A stretch of DNA of 57,434 bases, filler included, from Candidatus Zhuqueibacterota bacterium (GCA_016783505.1; 3 parts of 3 records of this genome joined end to end with filler, not necessarily neighbours in it); one strand, 5' to 3'; counted from the first letter of the whole stretch, positions 26,383-36,460 are shown. A program made the numbers and translations. The notes: generated by a model not told the origin, from the letters alone.

Positions 26383-28068
26383 TTACAACTTAGCTGAACG
26401 CATAATAGCAATAATCAGCCACAAGCCCAAAACCGCTGCTATCAGATACCCCACAATCCCGATAGCCGGGAAACCAAATACTAACGGCCCTTTGTCCAGT
26501 TGAACAATCAAGGATGAACCAATAATCAGCGCCGCGATGATCATACTAAACGACAGGCGATTGCTGGATTTATCCAATTCTGAAATGAGGTGGTCCAGAC
26601 CGCGATGTTCAAACTTAATGCTTAATTCGCCTTTCTTAATCTTGGTTATAATTGCCCGAATTTCCAGCGGCAAAATCTTAAACAGGCGGTTAAACTCGTC
26701 GAGAGTGCTGGCATAGTCTTTTAGATACCTTCGGGGATCCAACTTGCGAACCATTATTTCTTGAACATAAGGTTTAGCCAGGGAGATCATATCAAAATCA
26801 GGATCAAGTTCGCGACCAATTCCTTCTTCAGTCGCTAGAGCCTTACCCATCAGGGTCAAATCAGAGGGTATTTTAATGCGATGCCTTCTGACAATTTCCA
26901 TAGCCTCATTAATTACTATGCCAATGTTAATTTGATTGAGGGGAACCTGATAATAGCGATCTAGAAAATCCAGTATATCACGCCGCAATGCTCTGACATC
27001 CGAGACATCTTCTATAATGCCGATATGCCTGAAGGCACTGATTATCCTATCAGCATCCTTGTGCACGATTCCAGAAAGAAGATTGCCCACTTCTTCCCTC
27101 ATCTCATCATCCAGTCGTCCCATCATGCCATAATCCAGGGGAGCAATGACGTTATTTTCCAGCACAAAAATGTTGCCTGGATGGGGATCGGCATGAAAGA
27201 AGCCGTGCTCAAAGACCTGTTTTAAAATTGCCTGGGCTCCATTAACGGCGATGATCTTCCTGTCCAGTCCTGCCGCCTCTAATTTCTCTATTTCCGAAGC
27301 CTTTATACCATCAATATACTCCATGGTCAAAACACGGTCAGTGGCCAATTCCCAGTAAACTTTAGGAACATAGATGGTATCATCCCCGGCAAAATTTCTG
27401 CGAAAACGATCTATATTACGCCCCTCTTGAATGAAGTCTAATTCCCGCCGAATAGTTTTAGCAAACTCCTCAACGATGGCTACGGGATTGTAAAGTTCGC
27501 TTTCAGGGATGCGCCGTTCAACCAACACTGCCAGGTCAAAAAGAATACTTAAATCAGTTTCGATAACTTTCTGAATATTGGGGCGCTGAATTTTCACCAC
27601 CACCTGCTCACCATTTTCAATGACGGCTCGATGAACCTGCGCAATTGATGCTGCGGCCAACGGTTCTTCCACAAAGGAATCAAATAGCTGTTCCACCGGG
27701 GCGCCCAATTGCGCTTGAATGACCTCTCGTGCTTGCTGAACAGGAAAAGGCGGCACCTCATCCTGGAGCTTTTTAAATTCATTAATAAAATCTTCGGGGA
27801 TCAGATCCGGACGAACGCTTAGCATTTGACCCAGCTTAACGAACGTAGGCCCCAATTCTTCAAAGGCCAGCCGTACCCGTTGCGCCCGGGTAACCTTCTC
27901 TAAATCCCTTTCTTTTAACCTGGGAATCACCTTTTTCCCCAGTTTAATGTAGTATTCGATTTTCAACCTATTAATGACATCGTCAAAACCATATTTGACC
28001 AGAATCATCAAAATCTGGCGGTATCTCTTAAGATGGCGATAGGTCTTGGTAAATTTGGTTATTTGCAT
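26383..28068 (-). CDS. AarF/ABC1/UbiB-family atypical kinase
   Basis: ELGPTFVKLGQ, PLAAASIAQVH, VVKIQRP, FFHADPHPGN, LDYGMMG; two C-terminal TM helices. Confidence 0.92.
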   Translation of the reverse strand: MQITKFTKTYRHLKRYRQILMILVKYGFDDVINRLKIEYYIKLGKKVIPRLKERDLEKVTRAQRVRLAFEELGPTFVKLGQMLSVRPDLIPEDFINEFKKLQDEVPPFPVQQAREVIQAQLGAPVEQLFDSFVEEPLAAASIAQVHRAVIENGEQVVVKIQRPNIQKVIETDLSILFDLAVLVERRIPESELYNPVAIVEEFAKTIRRELDFIQEGRNIDRFRRNFAGDDTIYVPKVYWELATDRVLTMEYIDGIKASEIEKLEAAGLDRKIIAVNGAQAILKQVFEHGFFHADPHPGNIFVLENNVIAPLDYGMMGRLDDEMREEVGNLLSGIVHKDADRIISAFRHIGIIEDVSDVRALRRDILDFLDRYYQVPLNQINIGIVINEAMEIVRRHRIKIPSDLTLMGKALATEEGIGRELDPDFDMISLAKPYVQEIMVRKLDPRRYLKDYASTLDEFNRLFKILPLEIRAIITKIKKGELSIKFEHRGLDHLISELDKSSNRLSFSMIIAALIIGSSLIVQLDKGPLVFGFPAIGIVGYLIAAVLGLWLIIAIMRSAKL

Positions 28069-28150
28069 GGCATTGCCTCAAATTTGAAAATTAAATTATC
28101 GGCGCCGGGTGGTTATTAGACCCGACGCCGATAGATGGGTGTAACTACCC

Positions 28151-28447
28151 TCACTTTGCCATCTTTTTCGCCAAACCATCGATCTTCTTTTCCAATGCTT
28201 CAAAGTCCTTCTTAGTTGGCAGACCCAGTTTTGCAACTGCCTTCTCGATCTCTGCACTAATTTTGCCCGCCAGCACCTTTTCCGCTTCTTCTGCCTTCTT
28301 AAGGAACTCATCGATGGCTGTAGAGCGTTCTTCCCTGGCTAATTCACCCTTTTTGATAAGTTCATCTACCAGGGCTCCGGCTTTTTCCCTGGTAAGGGTT
28401 ACTGCACCCATGCCCAACAAGACGCCTTTTTTGAGCAGCTCGAACAT
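28151..28447 (-). CDS. Phasin-like (PhaF/granule-associated) small helical protein
   Basis: LLGMGAVTLTREKA..VDELIKKGEL..LGLPTKKDFEALEKKID; a common partner of UbiB genes. Confidence 0.75.
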   Translation of the reverse strand: MFELLKKGVLLGMGAVTLTREKAGALVDELIKKGELAREERSTAIDEFLKKAEEAEKVLAGKISAEIEKAVAKLGLPTKKDFEALEKKIDGLAKKMAK

Positions 28448-28465
28448 AGCAAACACCTCCTTTAC

Positions 28466-29815
28466 TTAAAAACTCACCTTCACTTTTACATAAACCTCAT
28501 CATTTTCCTTCACTCGACTGAACAAGCTTTCCCCCTTGCCTTCGATAAGAAATGCACCGAGGGTCAGTTCAATATTATCCGACGGGCAGTAATCGATCTC
28601 TGGCGCACCCACAAAGCCATAACTATTTTTCACATCATCCCAATCTTCGATACTGATAGCCCCACCGAAGGGCACAATCTTAAGTCCGTCATTGAGAAAC
28701 TTTTTCTCGAAACGGAAAACAATATAATCCTTCAACTCATCCCTACCCCTTTCGTGGATGAATCCATGAAGATATTGAGCATTCACGTATAAGCCGTTCT
28801 TAAAGGTGTAGTCACCACCGACGACATATTTGAAGTAAGGCTCGTCATCCAGTGCCGTTGAGGTCTGGGTCGTCATGCCCATGGGTGTAGGGAGGGTGGT
28901 GGACATAGCCACCCTTTCAGGAATAGTCAGGGCACCCTCGGCCCAGATGCCCACTTTTCCGATGGCCCCAGCCATGTCAGCGCCGACAATCTGCATCCTG
29001 GGAAAGGTGAGGGTTGATGAAACATCCACCGTGCCCAGGGTGTCCACCGGTGTTATGGTTACTGAATTGAATAAAGGCAGGTCGTCCCGTCCATTGAAAT
29101 AGCTCAAGGAAACATCATAATTAAGCAGGGTTGTGGCAACTTTAAATCCTGTCATTGAGGATTCGGAAAGTTTTTCTTCGGGCAATATCAAACTGTCCGA
29201 AATATCTCGGATGATCATGCCTGGCGGAAGGGACATAGGTGCAGAAAAGGCGGCAGCCCAGTCTGGTGGGGGTAAAATCGCTGGTGTGAATACTGGGACA
29301 AAAACGCCCGTCAGCATCGCATTTCCAAGGTAGTAAGTAGCTTTTAGGGAGCTGCTCCCCAACCTCTCCCCGAAGTTGAACAGGTCTTCCAGATCGTCGG
29401 GATTCAGGTTGTCAGTGGGATTGAGCCTATCGGCCGTTCCCCAGGTAATTCGCTGTCGGCCTATACGAACGTCAAGATTTTCCATAAGGAATCCGTAGAT
29501 ATCCACATAAGCTTCCCGAAATTCCAATGCCCATGGGTAGACCTCATCCTTTTCCCGCCGTTGCAGGTCCCATGAAGCTGCTGATTTAGGAAATCCAAAT
29601 CCCCGCAACCGGAGTTCACTGTAAAAATGAAGCTTATCCGAGGAATTACCTTCAAACTTTAGACCCAAGCGATTTTCGTTCCAGGTATAGTGTTTGTCGC
29701 CTTGCAAGCGACATCGGTTATCGGTTTCCACGTAACCACCAATCTCTACTTGCGAGAACAGATTTGAAGCAAAAATAACCATCACTATAAGAGAAAGAAT
29801 CGTTTTTTTCTGCAT
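28466..29815 (-). CDS. Outer-membrane beta-barrel protein (DUF1302-like)
   Basis: Signal peptide, FREAYVD, RIGRQRITWGTAD..NPTD, C-terminal VYVKVKVSF beta-signal. Confidence 0.75.
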   Translation of the reverse strand: MQKKTILSLIVMVIFASNLFSQVEIGGYVETDNRCRLQGDKHYTWNENRLGLKFEGNSSDKLHFYSELRLRGFGFPKSAASWDLQRREKDEVYPWALEFREAYVDIYGFLMENLDVRIGRQRITWGTADRLNPTDNLNPDDLEDLFNFGERLGSSSLKATYYLGNAMLTGVFVPVFTPAILPPPDWAAAFSAPMSLPPGMIIRDISDSLILPEEKLSESSMTGFKVATTLLNYDVSLSYFNGRDDLPLFNSVTITPVDTLGTVDVSSTLTFPRMQIVGADMAGAIGKVGIWAEGALTIPERVAMSTTLPTPMGMTTQTSTALDDEPYFKYVVGGDYTFKNGLYVNAQYLHGFIHERGRDELKDYIVFRFEKKFLNDGLKIVPFGGAISIEDWDDVKNSYGFVGAPEIDYCPSDNIELTLGAFLIEGKGESLFSRVKENDEVYVKVKVSF

Positions 29816-29974
29816 GGTTGTGCTCCTTAGTTTTAGATTTAATCCACCGACAATATTACTCGGCTTAGTTTTCACCCTTTCACCTCGGCACCCCTGCTCC
29901 TCTGCTTGTTAATATTCAAATAAACTTAGATGAATAGAAATTCTTTCTGTCAAAAAGGATTATTCATTGAAGAA

Positions 29975-30721
29975 TCATTTCCTCCGCTTCAAATACCGTT
30001 GGGTGAAGAGCTTATCGGTCAACCCGGTGTCAAATTCCATCTTGTCAACCAACATTTTGGTGCTGTGCTTCTGTTTTACATCCTTCATTTCCATTTCTTC
30101 AGTATACCAATAATTTCCCTGCTTTTTGAGCTTGCGGCGCTCCATTATTTTCCAGAGCCTACCGCCTTTATTGTAATACTCAATTTTGACAGGGTAGAAG
30201 TTGTCCTTTCGCACCCACATTTTCAACTTGCCGTAATCTTTTTTGACATCAGGCTTCGGCGTAAGCTCCAGAAGATAGCACTCTCCGGTGGTTCCCAACA
30301 GCTTCGGATCGTACTCCTCAGCGAACTTGAAGGCGCTCAGGTCATCGTAGGTAAAGTCCGTACCTGCGAATTTGGTATTCTTTACATGCGAAGCAATGCG
30401 GCGCACTTTTTTGAATGCCGGCAGGTAAAGGTACTGGACATCATTGGGAAGCCCCAGAAAAGCGATTCCTTTTTGGTCAGCAGGGGAGAGAAAACGCACC
30501 AGGCGCTTATCGTCACCCTTTTGATACATCTCTGTCTCACGCACCTTTTCCCAGCCGTCTTTGTCAATGAGAATCATTTTGGACAGCATCTTTTGGTCTT
30601 TAGGTGCATTGACCACCGCGTCGGCTTTTTTCAGAATATCCACGGCGGTTAGCTCCTGTGCCTCTACCCCAGCGAAAAGTACCAGGGTGAAGATTGCGGT
30701 GAGTAGGCTAATTCGTCTCAT
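29975..30721 (-). CDS. Outer-membrane lipoprotein-sorting protein (LolA-like)
   Basis: RFLSPADQKGIAFL, YLYLPAFKKVRRIA, FAGTDFTYDDL, FTQRYL. Confidence 0.88.
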   Translation of the reverse strand: MRRISLLTAIFTLVLFAGVEAQELTAVDILKKADAVVNAPKDQKMLSKMILIDKDGWEKVRETEMYQKGDDKRLVRFLSPADQKGIAFLGLPNDVQYLYLPAFKKVRRIASHVKNTKFAGTDFTYDDLSAFKFAEEYDPKLLGTTGECYLLELTPKPDVKKDYGKLKMWVRKDNFYPVKIEYYNKGGRLWKIMERRKLKKQGNYWYTEEMEMKDVKQKHSTKMLVDKMEFDTGLTDKLFTQRYLKRRK

Positions 30722-30764
30722 TGTACTATCTCCTATTGTTTTGGGTTAATGAGGGTTCAGTAAA

Positions 30765-31187
30765 CTACCTTATGGTATCCAGATGTTTTTTAACCCGCAG
30801 GCAATGATTTTCAAACAACATAAAATGGGAATCCAGATGCTTTATATTACGGCGTTGCTCCCTACCCGATTCAATCTCCTTTCTGATGTGTTTTACGTCA
30901 TCATAAATGGCACTCAGGTCAGAGAATGCCAGATTTATCCCATCATTAAGTAAGGCCGTTTTCCGTTCATCATCGGCCATTTCTGATGGCATTTTCATAA
31001 TAGCAGTCGAGAGCGAAGCCAGATTCCCTTCGATCTCTTTTAAAATCTCCATTGCACTTTTTACATCCTCATTGTCCACCCCCAGACTAATCCAGCTTGA
31101 ATTCTCAAGCTTGATCCGATTGACCAGCTTTTTTGCTCTATATAGGATGTTCTGGAGCTCCTCAATACTTCTTTCTAAATCCTCCAT
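30765..31187 (-). CDS. Hypothetical helical / coiled-coil protein
   Basis: 140-aa ORF with GAGGA RBS, co-oriented within the operon; no motif recognised. Confidence 0.6.
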   Translation of the reverse strand: MEDLERSIEELQNILYRAKKLVNRIKLENSSWISLGVDNEDVKSAMEILKEIEGNLASLSTAIMKMPSEMADDERKTALLNDGINLAFSDLSAIYDDVKHIRKEIESGREQRRNIKHLDSHFMLFENHCLRVKKHLDTIR

Positions 31188-31256
31188 CGGGTTTCCTCCT
31201 CAAATGGTTTTTTTCATAACTATATCTGAGTTGGACGAACCGCCTTTAGAAACTGC

Positions 31257-32726
31257 TTAAGCCGCTTCCTTTTTCTCCACCCGTTCCCTCTCCGGTCCAA
31301 TGTATTCCTTTTCCCAGATGGGTCGGGTGAGACGGTCTACCTCATCGCCGCAGGCTACCAGTCCCCTGTAATAAGCCGGATCCTTGAGGGCCTCTCCCGC
31401 CTCTCGATCCCCTGGTCTTGCTCCTGCCGCATCAATGATCTCTCGGGCCTCGCGGTGATGATCCTTGGAAATGCAGGGAACAATCTGGTTTCCTACCTCA
31501 TGCGCGGGTTTCATATAGCTGTAATCCCGCTGCCACTCCCGGATAGACCGGAAAAAGGGACTTATCAGGACGGTGTTCAGGTCTCCTCCTTCTCTGTAAA
31601 CCTGGTAGATATTATCTACTGTGTAAGGATTAAAGGCACAGGGCAGGCAGTTCCCGTTCCAATCAATGTAGAAGTATCCCCCTGAACGACCCGCTGAGAT
31701 GCAGCCGTTGGATACCGCCCCACTGTTCCAGAAGTCAGCGATAAACAGGGCTTTCTCCCGTATCAGATGCTGCTCCCGCTGGAACATCCACTTGCGTTGT
31801 TCCGGGGTAACCATTAGATCAAGGGTGTAGCTTCGCCCGATGGGCATGTACTGAAAAATCCAGCCGTAGACGGCCCCCTGCTGCTCAAAATAGAAGTCCA
31901 AAAACTCGTCGCTGAGGACGAACTCGGCGTTGGAGCGCATTGCCGTGATGGAAATCCCGAAGGGGACACCATTATTCCGCAGATTTTCGAACGCTTTGAG
32001 AATCCGCTTGTGAACACCCTTTCCTCGCCGGGCGTCGGTCTCATTCTCAAGTCCTTCTACTGAGATTGCCGGTGTAATATTACCCACCTCGGCCATCCGT
32101 TGAGCCATTTTCTCATCAATGAGCGTCCCGTTGGTATACATGAGGAAATACTGGTCGCTGTGTTTGGCGGCGACATCAATGAGGTCTTTTCCTTCACTCT
32201 CCCACATAAGCGGCTCTCCCCCGGAAATTACGGTGAAGTGGGAACCCCAAAGTTCTCTCTTCTCCGTCAGGATACGATCCGCTGTTTCGTAGTCCAATTT
32301 CTCCGCATTGGCGGCGCAGCTGGAAGCATAACACCCGATACAGCGGAGATTGCACCGCTTGGTGGGACTGATGAGCAGAAAAAAAGGGACACCGAATCCG
32401 TGGGTCTCCTCGAAGGCTCTTCTCGTAGCATTGTCCTCCAAAAGTACATTGCCCACCAGAACCCTGATAAGGCCTCGGCGAACAGACGGCGAAACCCTCA
32501 TGTTTTCCAGAGCCCTATTGATGGAGTGAAGCATGTTCCTGAGCATGTAGTACTTGTCTTCCTGAACCCGTCGGGGTCCGCCGCTGTCGTTTCTTTCGAC
32601 GAGGGTGTGATATATTTTCTTCTCCCCCACCTTCAAGGCCAGCCCCCGAAGGGCATCGTTGGCTAAAACGGCGTTAACCAAAGTGAGGAAAGGCATGGCC
32701 AGCATTGATTTTACTGTGGGCAGCAT
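31257..32726 (-). CDS. Radical SAM protein with SPASM/twitch-like C-terminal cysteines
   Basis: CNLRCIGC (CX3CX2C), SGGEP, YTNGTLID, ISVEG, YMPIG, GCISAG...NGNCLPC. Confidence 0.9.
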   Translation of the reverse strand: MLPTVKSMLAMPFLTLVNAVLANDALRGLALKVGEKKIYHTLVERNDSGGPRRVQEDKYYMLRNMLHSINRALENMRVSPSVRRGLIRVLVGNVLLEDNATRRAFEETHGFGVPFFLLISPTKRCNLRCIGCYASSCAANAEKLDYETADRILTEKRELWGSHFTVISGGEPLMWESEGKDLIDVAAKHSDQYFLMYTNGTLIDEKMAQRMAEVGNITPAISVEGLENETDARRGKGVHKRILKAFENLRNNGVPFGISITAMRSNAEFVLSDEFLDFYFEQQGAVYGWIFQYMPIGRSYTLDLMVTPEQRKWMFQREQHLIREKALFIADFWNSGAVSNGCISAGRSGGYFYIDWNGNCLPCAFNPYTVDNIYQVYREGGDLNTVLISPFFRSIREWQRDYSYMKPAHEVGNQIVPCISKDHHREAREIIDAAGARPGDREAGEALKDPAYYRGLVACGDEVDRLTRPIWEKEYIGPERERVEKKEAA

Positions 32727-32759
32727 GATGGCACCTCCTTTCTGATTAGTTGAAAAATA

Positions 32760-35738
32760 TCAAGAATTTCTATTCTTAAGTTTTTTTATCCTTGCCTTTG
32801 CTCTACCAATTACGGCATCGGTTCCGCCTGCCACTGCAGTAGCAAAGCCAGAAAAATCCCCGATACACTTTGCTTTGGTGATCAAAATTAGGGCTGGCAG
32901 GATGGTAACAGCACTGAAGGCGCTGGTCATCATGGTGAGGGCCATTAGATAACCAAACCACTTCATGGGAACGATATCCCCGGTAACCAGCACCAGAAAG
33001 CCCATCATCACCGTCACGGCGTTAATCATAATCGCCTTCCCGGTGGTCTCCAGGGTTCTGTCCAGGGCCTCCAACTCGCTCTTGCTTTTAGCAAACTCCA
33101 CCTTAAATCGGGTGATGAAATGAATGGCGTAATCAATCCCAACCCCCATGGCTATGTTGCCCATTAGAATTGTAAGCTCATCCAAAGGTATATCTAAGAT
33201 TACCATCAGTATAAAATTGATAAGAATGGCAAGGATAATCGGGAAAACAGACATCAGCCCACCGACCAGCGATTTTAGCCTGATGGCAAGGAGGACAAAG
33301 ACTAAAAATATGGCAAGGCCCAGGCCCAAGCTCTGACTCCTCATAATCTTTCGATCCAGTTCCTTGTAGATCAAGGGTAATCCTGTTTGCCAAGCAGCCA
33401 GTTTGACCTCGGCCTTACCAGGGTTATCCTGTGCTGAAAAAAGGCTGGCATATTGGGAACTTTCCACAACAATCCAATCTTCGTTGATCTCCCAAACATC
33501 ATCCCGTAGATCTTCCAGAAATTCAGTGTTATTAGTCAATTTTCGGGAAAGAAGCGGCTTTAAGTCTTCAAGCAGATGGTTAACCCTGGCCCATTTTGCC
33601 TGCTCGTTGATAACAGCCACTATGGATTCAGCAGCATATTCCAGAACCACGGGATCATCCGCATAGACTTCTTTTGATACATTCCATTTAAGAATTGTAC
33701 TAATGGCTTCTTCGTCCGGTCTGCTGGTCTGCAATAGCTTGCCAATATTATTAACAATTCGTTCAATAACTTTTTCGGATTCTATCTGGACATCGGCTTC
33801 ATCGCTTAAGAAATAATCGCTAATTTTTTGCTTAATGATCTTTATGGTAGCTTCGTCGAACCTCTCATGATCAGCCAGGACCGCTGCCGTGATGACCTTT
33901 TCCAAATTGGCATCAGGGATTTGTTCATTCACCGCTCTTTTTCTAATGTCCCATTTCATTTTGGATACAATCCCTGCAACACGCTCTTTTTTTAATCGTC
34001 CAGCCAGTTCACCCTCGGCTTGAGAAATCCTTGCCTCGACCAAATTGGTCTTCAGGTGTTGTCTCAAATAGTCTTCAACTGCATCCACAGCAGCGATGGC
34101 CTTTTTCGTATTTACCGAACCCATCTTGGCCTGAATCAGGCCTTCGGTAGCCTCGCTGTTGATCAACTGATCCAGCACCTCATTTCCTTCAATGAAGAAC
34201 CAGAGGTTGGCCACCCCTTCTCTGGTATCAGGGATTGTCCGATGGCCATTCATCACCCAATTCATTTCACAGATAAGATCCGCAATTGATTGGGGATCGT
34301 TAATATTGGGCAGGGATTCCAGGTATTTCTCAAACCTGAGCATCTCTTTTAACACAAAGGGATTTTTTATGTCACCTTTGACAAAGAGTTGAATTGGAAT
34401 GGCACCACCCAGTTTTTGTTCTAAGAGCTCTTCGGCTTGCCTGATTTCACTATCTTTCTCAAAATAGCTGGCATAATCCACCTCACGATCCAGTTTTGGA
34501 ATAGCGACCAGAGAGATTAAAATAACAACCGCACCGAGGACGAGAATCAGTTTCTCCCTTTTGAGGACAAACCCTCCCAATCTGTCCATAAATCTTGTCG
34601 CCCAGTTGTCCTCTATCCCTCTGTGATCTACTTTGACTTTTTTGACCTTTAAGAAGGAAAGGACTGCGGGCAAAAAGGTTACTGACATGATCATGGCGAC
34701 CGTTACACCCAAGGCAGTACTGGCACCAAATTCCCGGATCACATTCAAATCGGAAGATAAAAAGGAAAGGAAGCCGATTAGAGTAGTGACACCAGCCAGC
34801 AGTATAGGAACGCCCACTTCGCTCAAAGCATGTTTTATTCCCTCAATTTTGGTGTCCCCCCGGCGGACATCCTCATTGTATTTGGCCACCATGTGGATGC
34901 CGTACGCACTGCCAATGGCGATGAGCAAAACAGGTACCACCTGGGAAGCCATGGTGAGTGAGATATTCATTAAGCTCATTACCCCCATAGCCCACACCGA
35001 GCTGATAAAAACGGTGATCAGTGGAAGAAAAACCCCACGAAAGCTTTTGAAACTAAAATAAAGAGAAGCCATCACCAACAGGGAAACCAGGGGAAGAAAT
35101 TTTTTCAAATTTGCCATTATGAGGTCAATCAGGAAGACCATTTGAAATGGTAGGCCACCGTAATAGATCTTCTCATCACCCGGGGTTTCTGCGATGATCT
35201 TTTTTAGCTGGCGTCCGATGGCTATTTTGTCAACCTCTTCTCGCAAGCGAGCAATTACGAGGGTTACCTCGCCGTCAGCGGAAACCAAGCTTCCCCGATA
35301 CATATTCTTGGAAAGTGTGTACTCACGCAGACTTTTCAGTTCTTCCGGAGTCTGAGGGATGTTATGTTTATCAATAAGCTTACTGATTTCCAGCCCCCAT
35401 TCGGTCTTTTTTATGTCCAGAATATCGGTCAACCCCATGACATGTGAGACTTCGTCCAACCGTTTGAATCTTTCAATAATTGTATTGACCCTGTTAAGGG
35501 TTTTATAATTAAAGACATCATCGGTCTCCAAAGCCACCATGGCCAGGGAATTACCACCGAATTTTTGCCCGACTTCATTGAAAAGAATAACAATGGGATC
35601 ATCCTGGGGCATGTAGCTTAAAATATCGCTGTTTATTTTGAGGTCTTTCAGTGAATAGCTGAAGAAGGCCGTAACCAGCATGGTAGTCACAATAATGGGA
35701 ATTCTGAATCTGATAACTAAATCGGCAAACTTTTTCAT
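32760..35738 (-). CDS. MMPL/RND-family lipid transporter
   Basis: Two TM blocks with AIGSAYGIH and GVGIDYAIHF, TTLIGFLS, TGKAIMINA. Confidence 0.9.
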   Translation of the reverse strand: MKKFADLVIRFRIPIIVTTMLVTAFFSYSLKDLKINSDILSYMPQDDPIVILFNEVGQKFGGNSLAMVALETDDVFNYKTLNRVNTIIERFKRLDEVSHVMGLTDILDIKKTEWGLEISKLIDKHNIPQTPEELKSLREYTLSKNMYRGSLVSADGEVTLVIARLREEVDKIAIGRQLKKIIAETPGDEKIYYGGLPFQMVFLIDLIMANLKKFLPLVSLLVMASLYFSFKSFRGVFLPLITVFISSVWAMGVMSLMNISLTMASQVVPVLLIAIGSAYGIHMVAKYNEDVRRGDTKIEGIKHALSEVGVPILLAGVTTLIGFLSFLSSDLNVIREFGASTALGVTVAMIMSVTFLPAVLSFLKVKKVKVDHRGIEDNWATRFMDRLGGFVLKREKLILVLGAVVILISLVAIPKLDREVDYASYFEKDSEIRQAEELLEQKLGGAIPIQLFVKGDIKNPFVLKEMLRFEKYLESLPNINDPQSIADLICEMNWVMNGHRTIPDTREGVANLWFFIEGNEVLDQLINSEATEGLIQAKMGSVNTKKAIAAVDAVEDYLRQHLKTNLVEARISQAEGELAGRLKKERVAGIVSKMKWDIRKRAVNEQIPDANLEKVITAAVLADHERFDEATIKIIKQKISDYFLSDEADVQIESEKVIERIVNNIGKLLQTSRPDEEAISTILKWNVSKEVYADDPVVLEYAAESIVAVINEQAKWARVNHLLEDLKPLLSRKLTNNTEFLEDLRDDVWEINEDWIVVESSQYASLFSAQDNPGKAEVKLAAWQTGLPLIYKELDRKIMRSQSLGLGLAIFLVFVLLAIRLKSLVGGLMSVFPIILAILINFILMVILDIPLDELTILMGNIAMGVGIDYAIHFITRFKVEFAKSKSELEALDRTLETTGKAIMINAVTVMMGFLVLVTGDIVPMKWFGYLMALTMMTSAFSAVTILPALILITKAKCIGDFSGFATAVAGGTDAVIGRAKARIKKLKNRNS

Positions 35739-35770
35739 TCTACTACCTCCAGTTGTGTGTCTTTTTGTTT

Positions 35771-35802
35771 AAACAAATAGACTAAATCAGTTTTATGGTC
35801 AC
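35771..35802. promoter_or_regulatory. Putative TetR operator upstream of MMPL
   Basis: AAACAAATAGACTAAATCAGTTTTATGGTCAC, similar to 36394-36427. Confidence 0.5.
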
Positions 35803-35817
35803 TTTAGGTAAAAAAAA

Positions 35818-36387
35818 TTATCTTTTCTCAATCCCCTTAAATAAAATGTCTAACAATAGATCAATACTTTCCTCCATCGCTATTTGACTGTCTTCTATAA
35901 TCCAGGGGTATTCCAGCCCCTTCAAAGCGGTAACGATAGCAAATGATGTAACCTCAATATTCTTTATCATAAATTCTCCTTTCGTAATCCCATCCACCAG
36001 AATCTCCTGAACAATCTTTTTTTCTTCCAAGAAGCTTTCCTTTCGTGCAAACTCAGCCTGGGGCCAAAATTCAGACACATTTTCCCGGGTAACATTATAA
36101 AGATTGGCCAGGTTTTTAAGATATCGCATTTTGGTTAAAACAAAGGTCCGCATCTTTTGCTGGGGCGTTTCCACTTTGGAAATCTCTTCCCTGATCTTAC
36201 CCACCAGAAATTCGCTTTCCTTTTTAACCACCCCATAAAAAACGTCCTCCTTATTAGTGAAATATTTGTAGATCGTTCCCTTCGCCACCCTGGCCAATTT
36301 AGCTATTTCATCAATGGTGGTCTTCCTCAGACCAAACCGCCCGAACAAACCCTGGGCAACCGTCAAAATATTTTCTTTTTTTCCCAT
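35818..36387 (-). CDS. TetR/AcrR family transcriptional regulator
   Basis: LFGRFGLRKTTIDEIAKLARVAKGTIYKYFTNKED helix-turn-helix. Confidence 0.93.
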   Translation of the reverse strand: MGKKENILTVAQGLFGRFGLRKTTIDEIAKLARVAKGTIYKYFTNKEDVFYGVVKKESEFLVGKIREEISKVETPQQKMRTFVLTKMRYLKNLANLYNVTRENVSEFWPQAEFARKESFLEEKKIVQEILVDGITKGEFMIKNIEVTSFAIVTALKGLEYPWIIEDSQIAMEESIDLLLDILFKGIEKR

Positions 36388-36393
36388 CTGTTA

Positions 36394-36460
36394 AAACATA
36401 TTAGACTAATATCGTTTTTTAGTTCACCACCAATATACAACATTTTTTTGAATTTGTCAA
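36394..36460 (-). promoter_or_regulatory. tetR promoter with downstream putative operator
   Basis: Minus strand TTGACA(36460-36455)-17 bp-TATATT(36437-36432); operator-like AAACATATTAGACTAATATCGTTTTTTAGTTCAC at 36394-36427. Confidence 0.65.

Noticed and set aside
28151-28447. PHA storage pathway
   Set aside because: A phasin-like gene alone, in its common pairing with UbiB; no phaC/phaA/phaB
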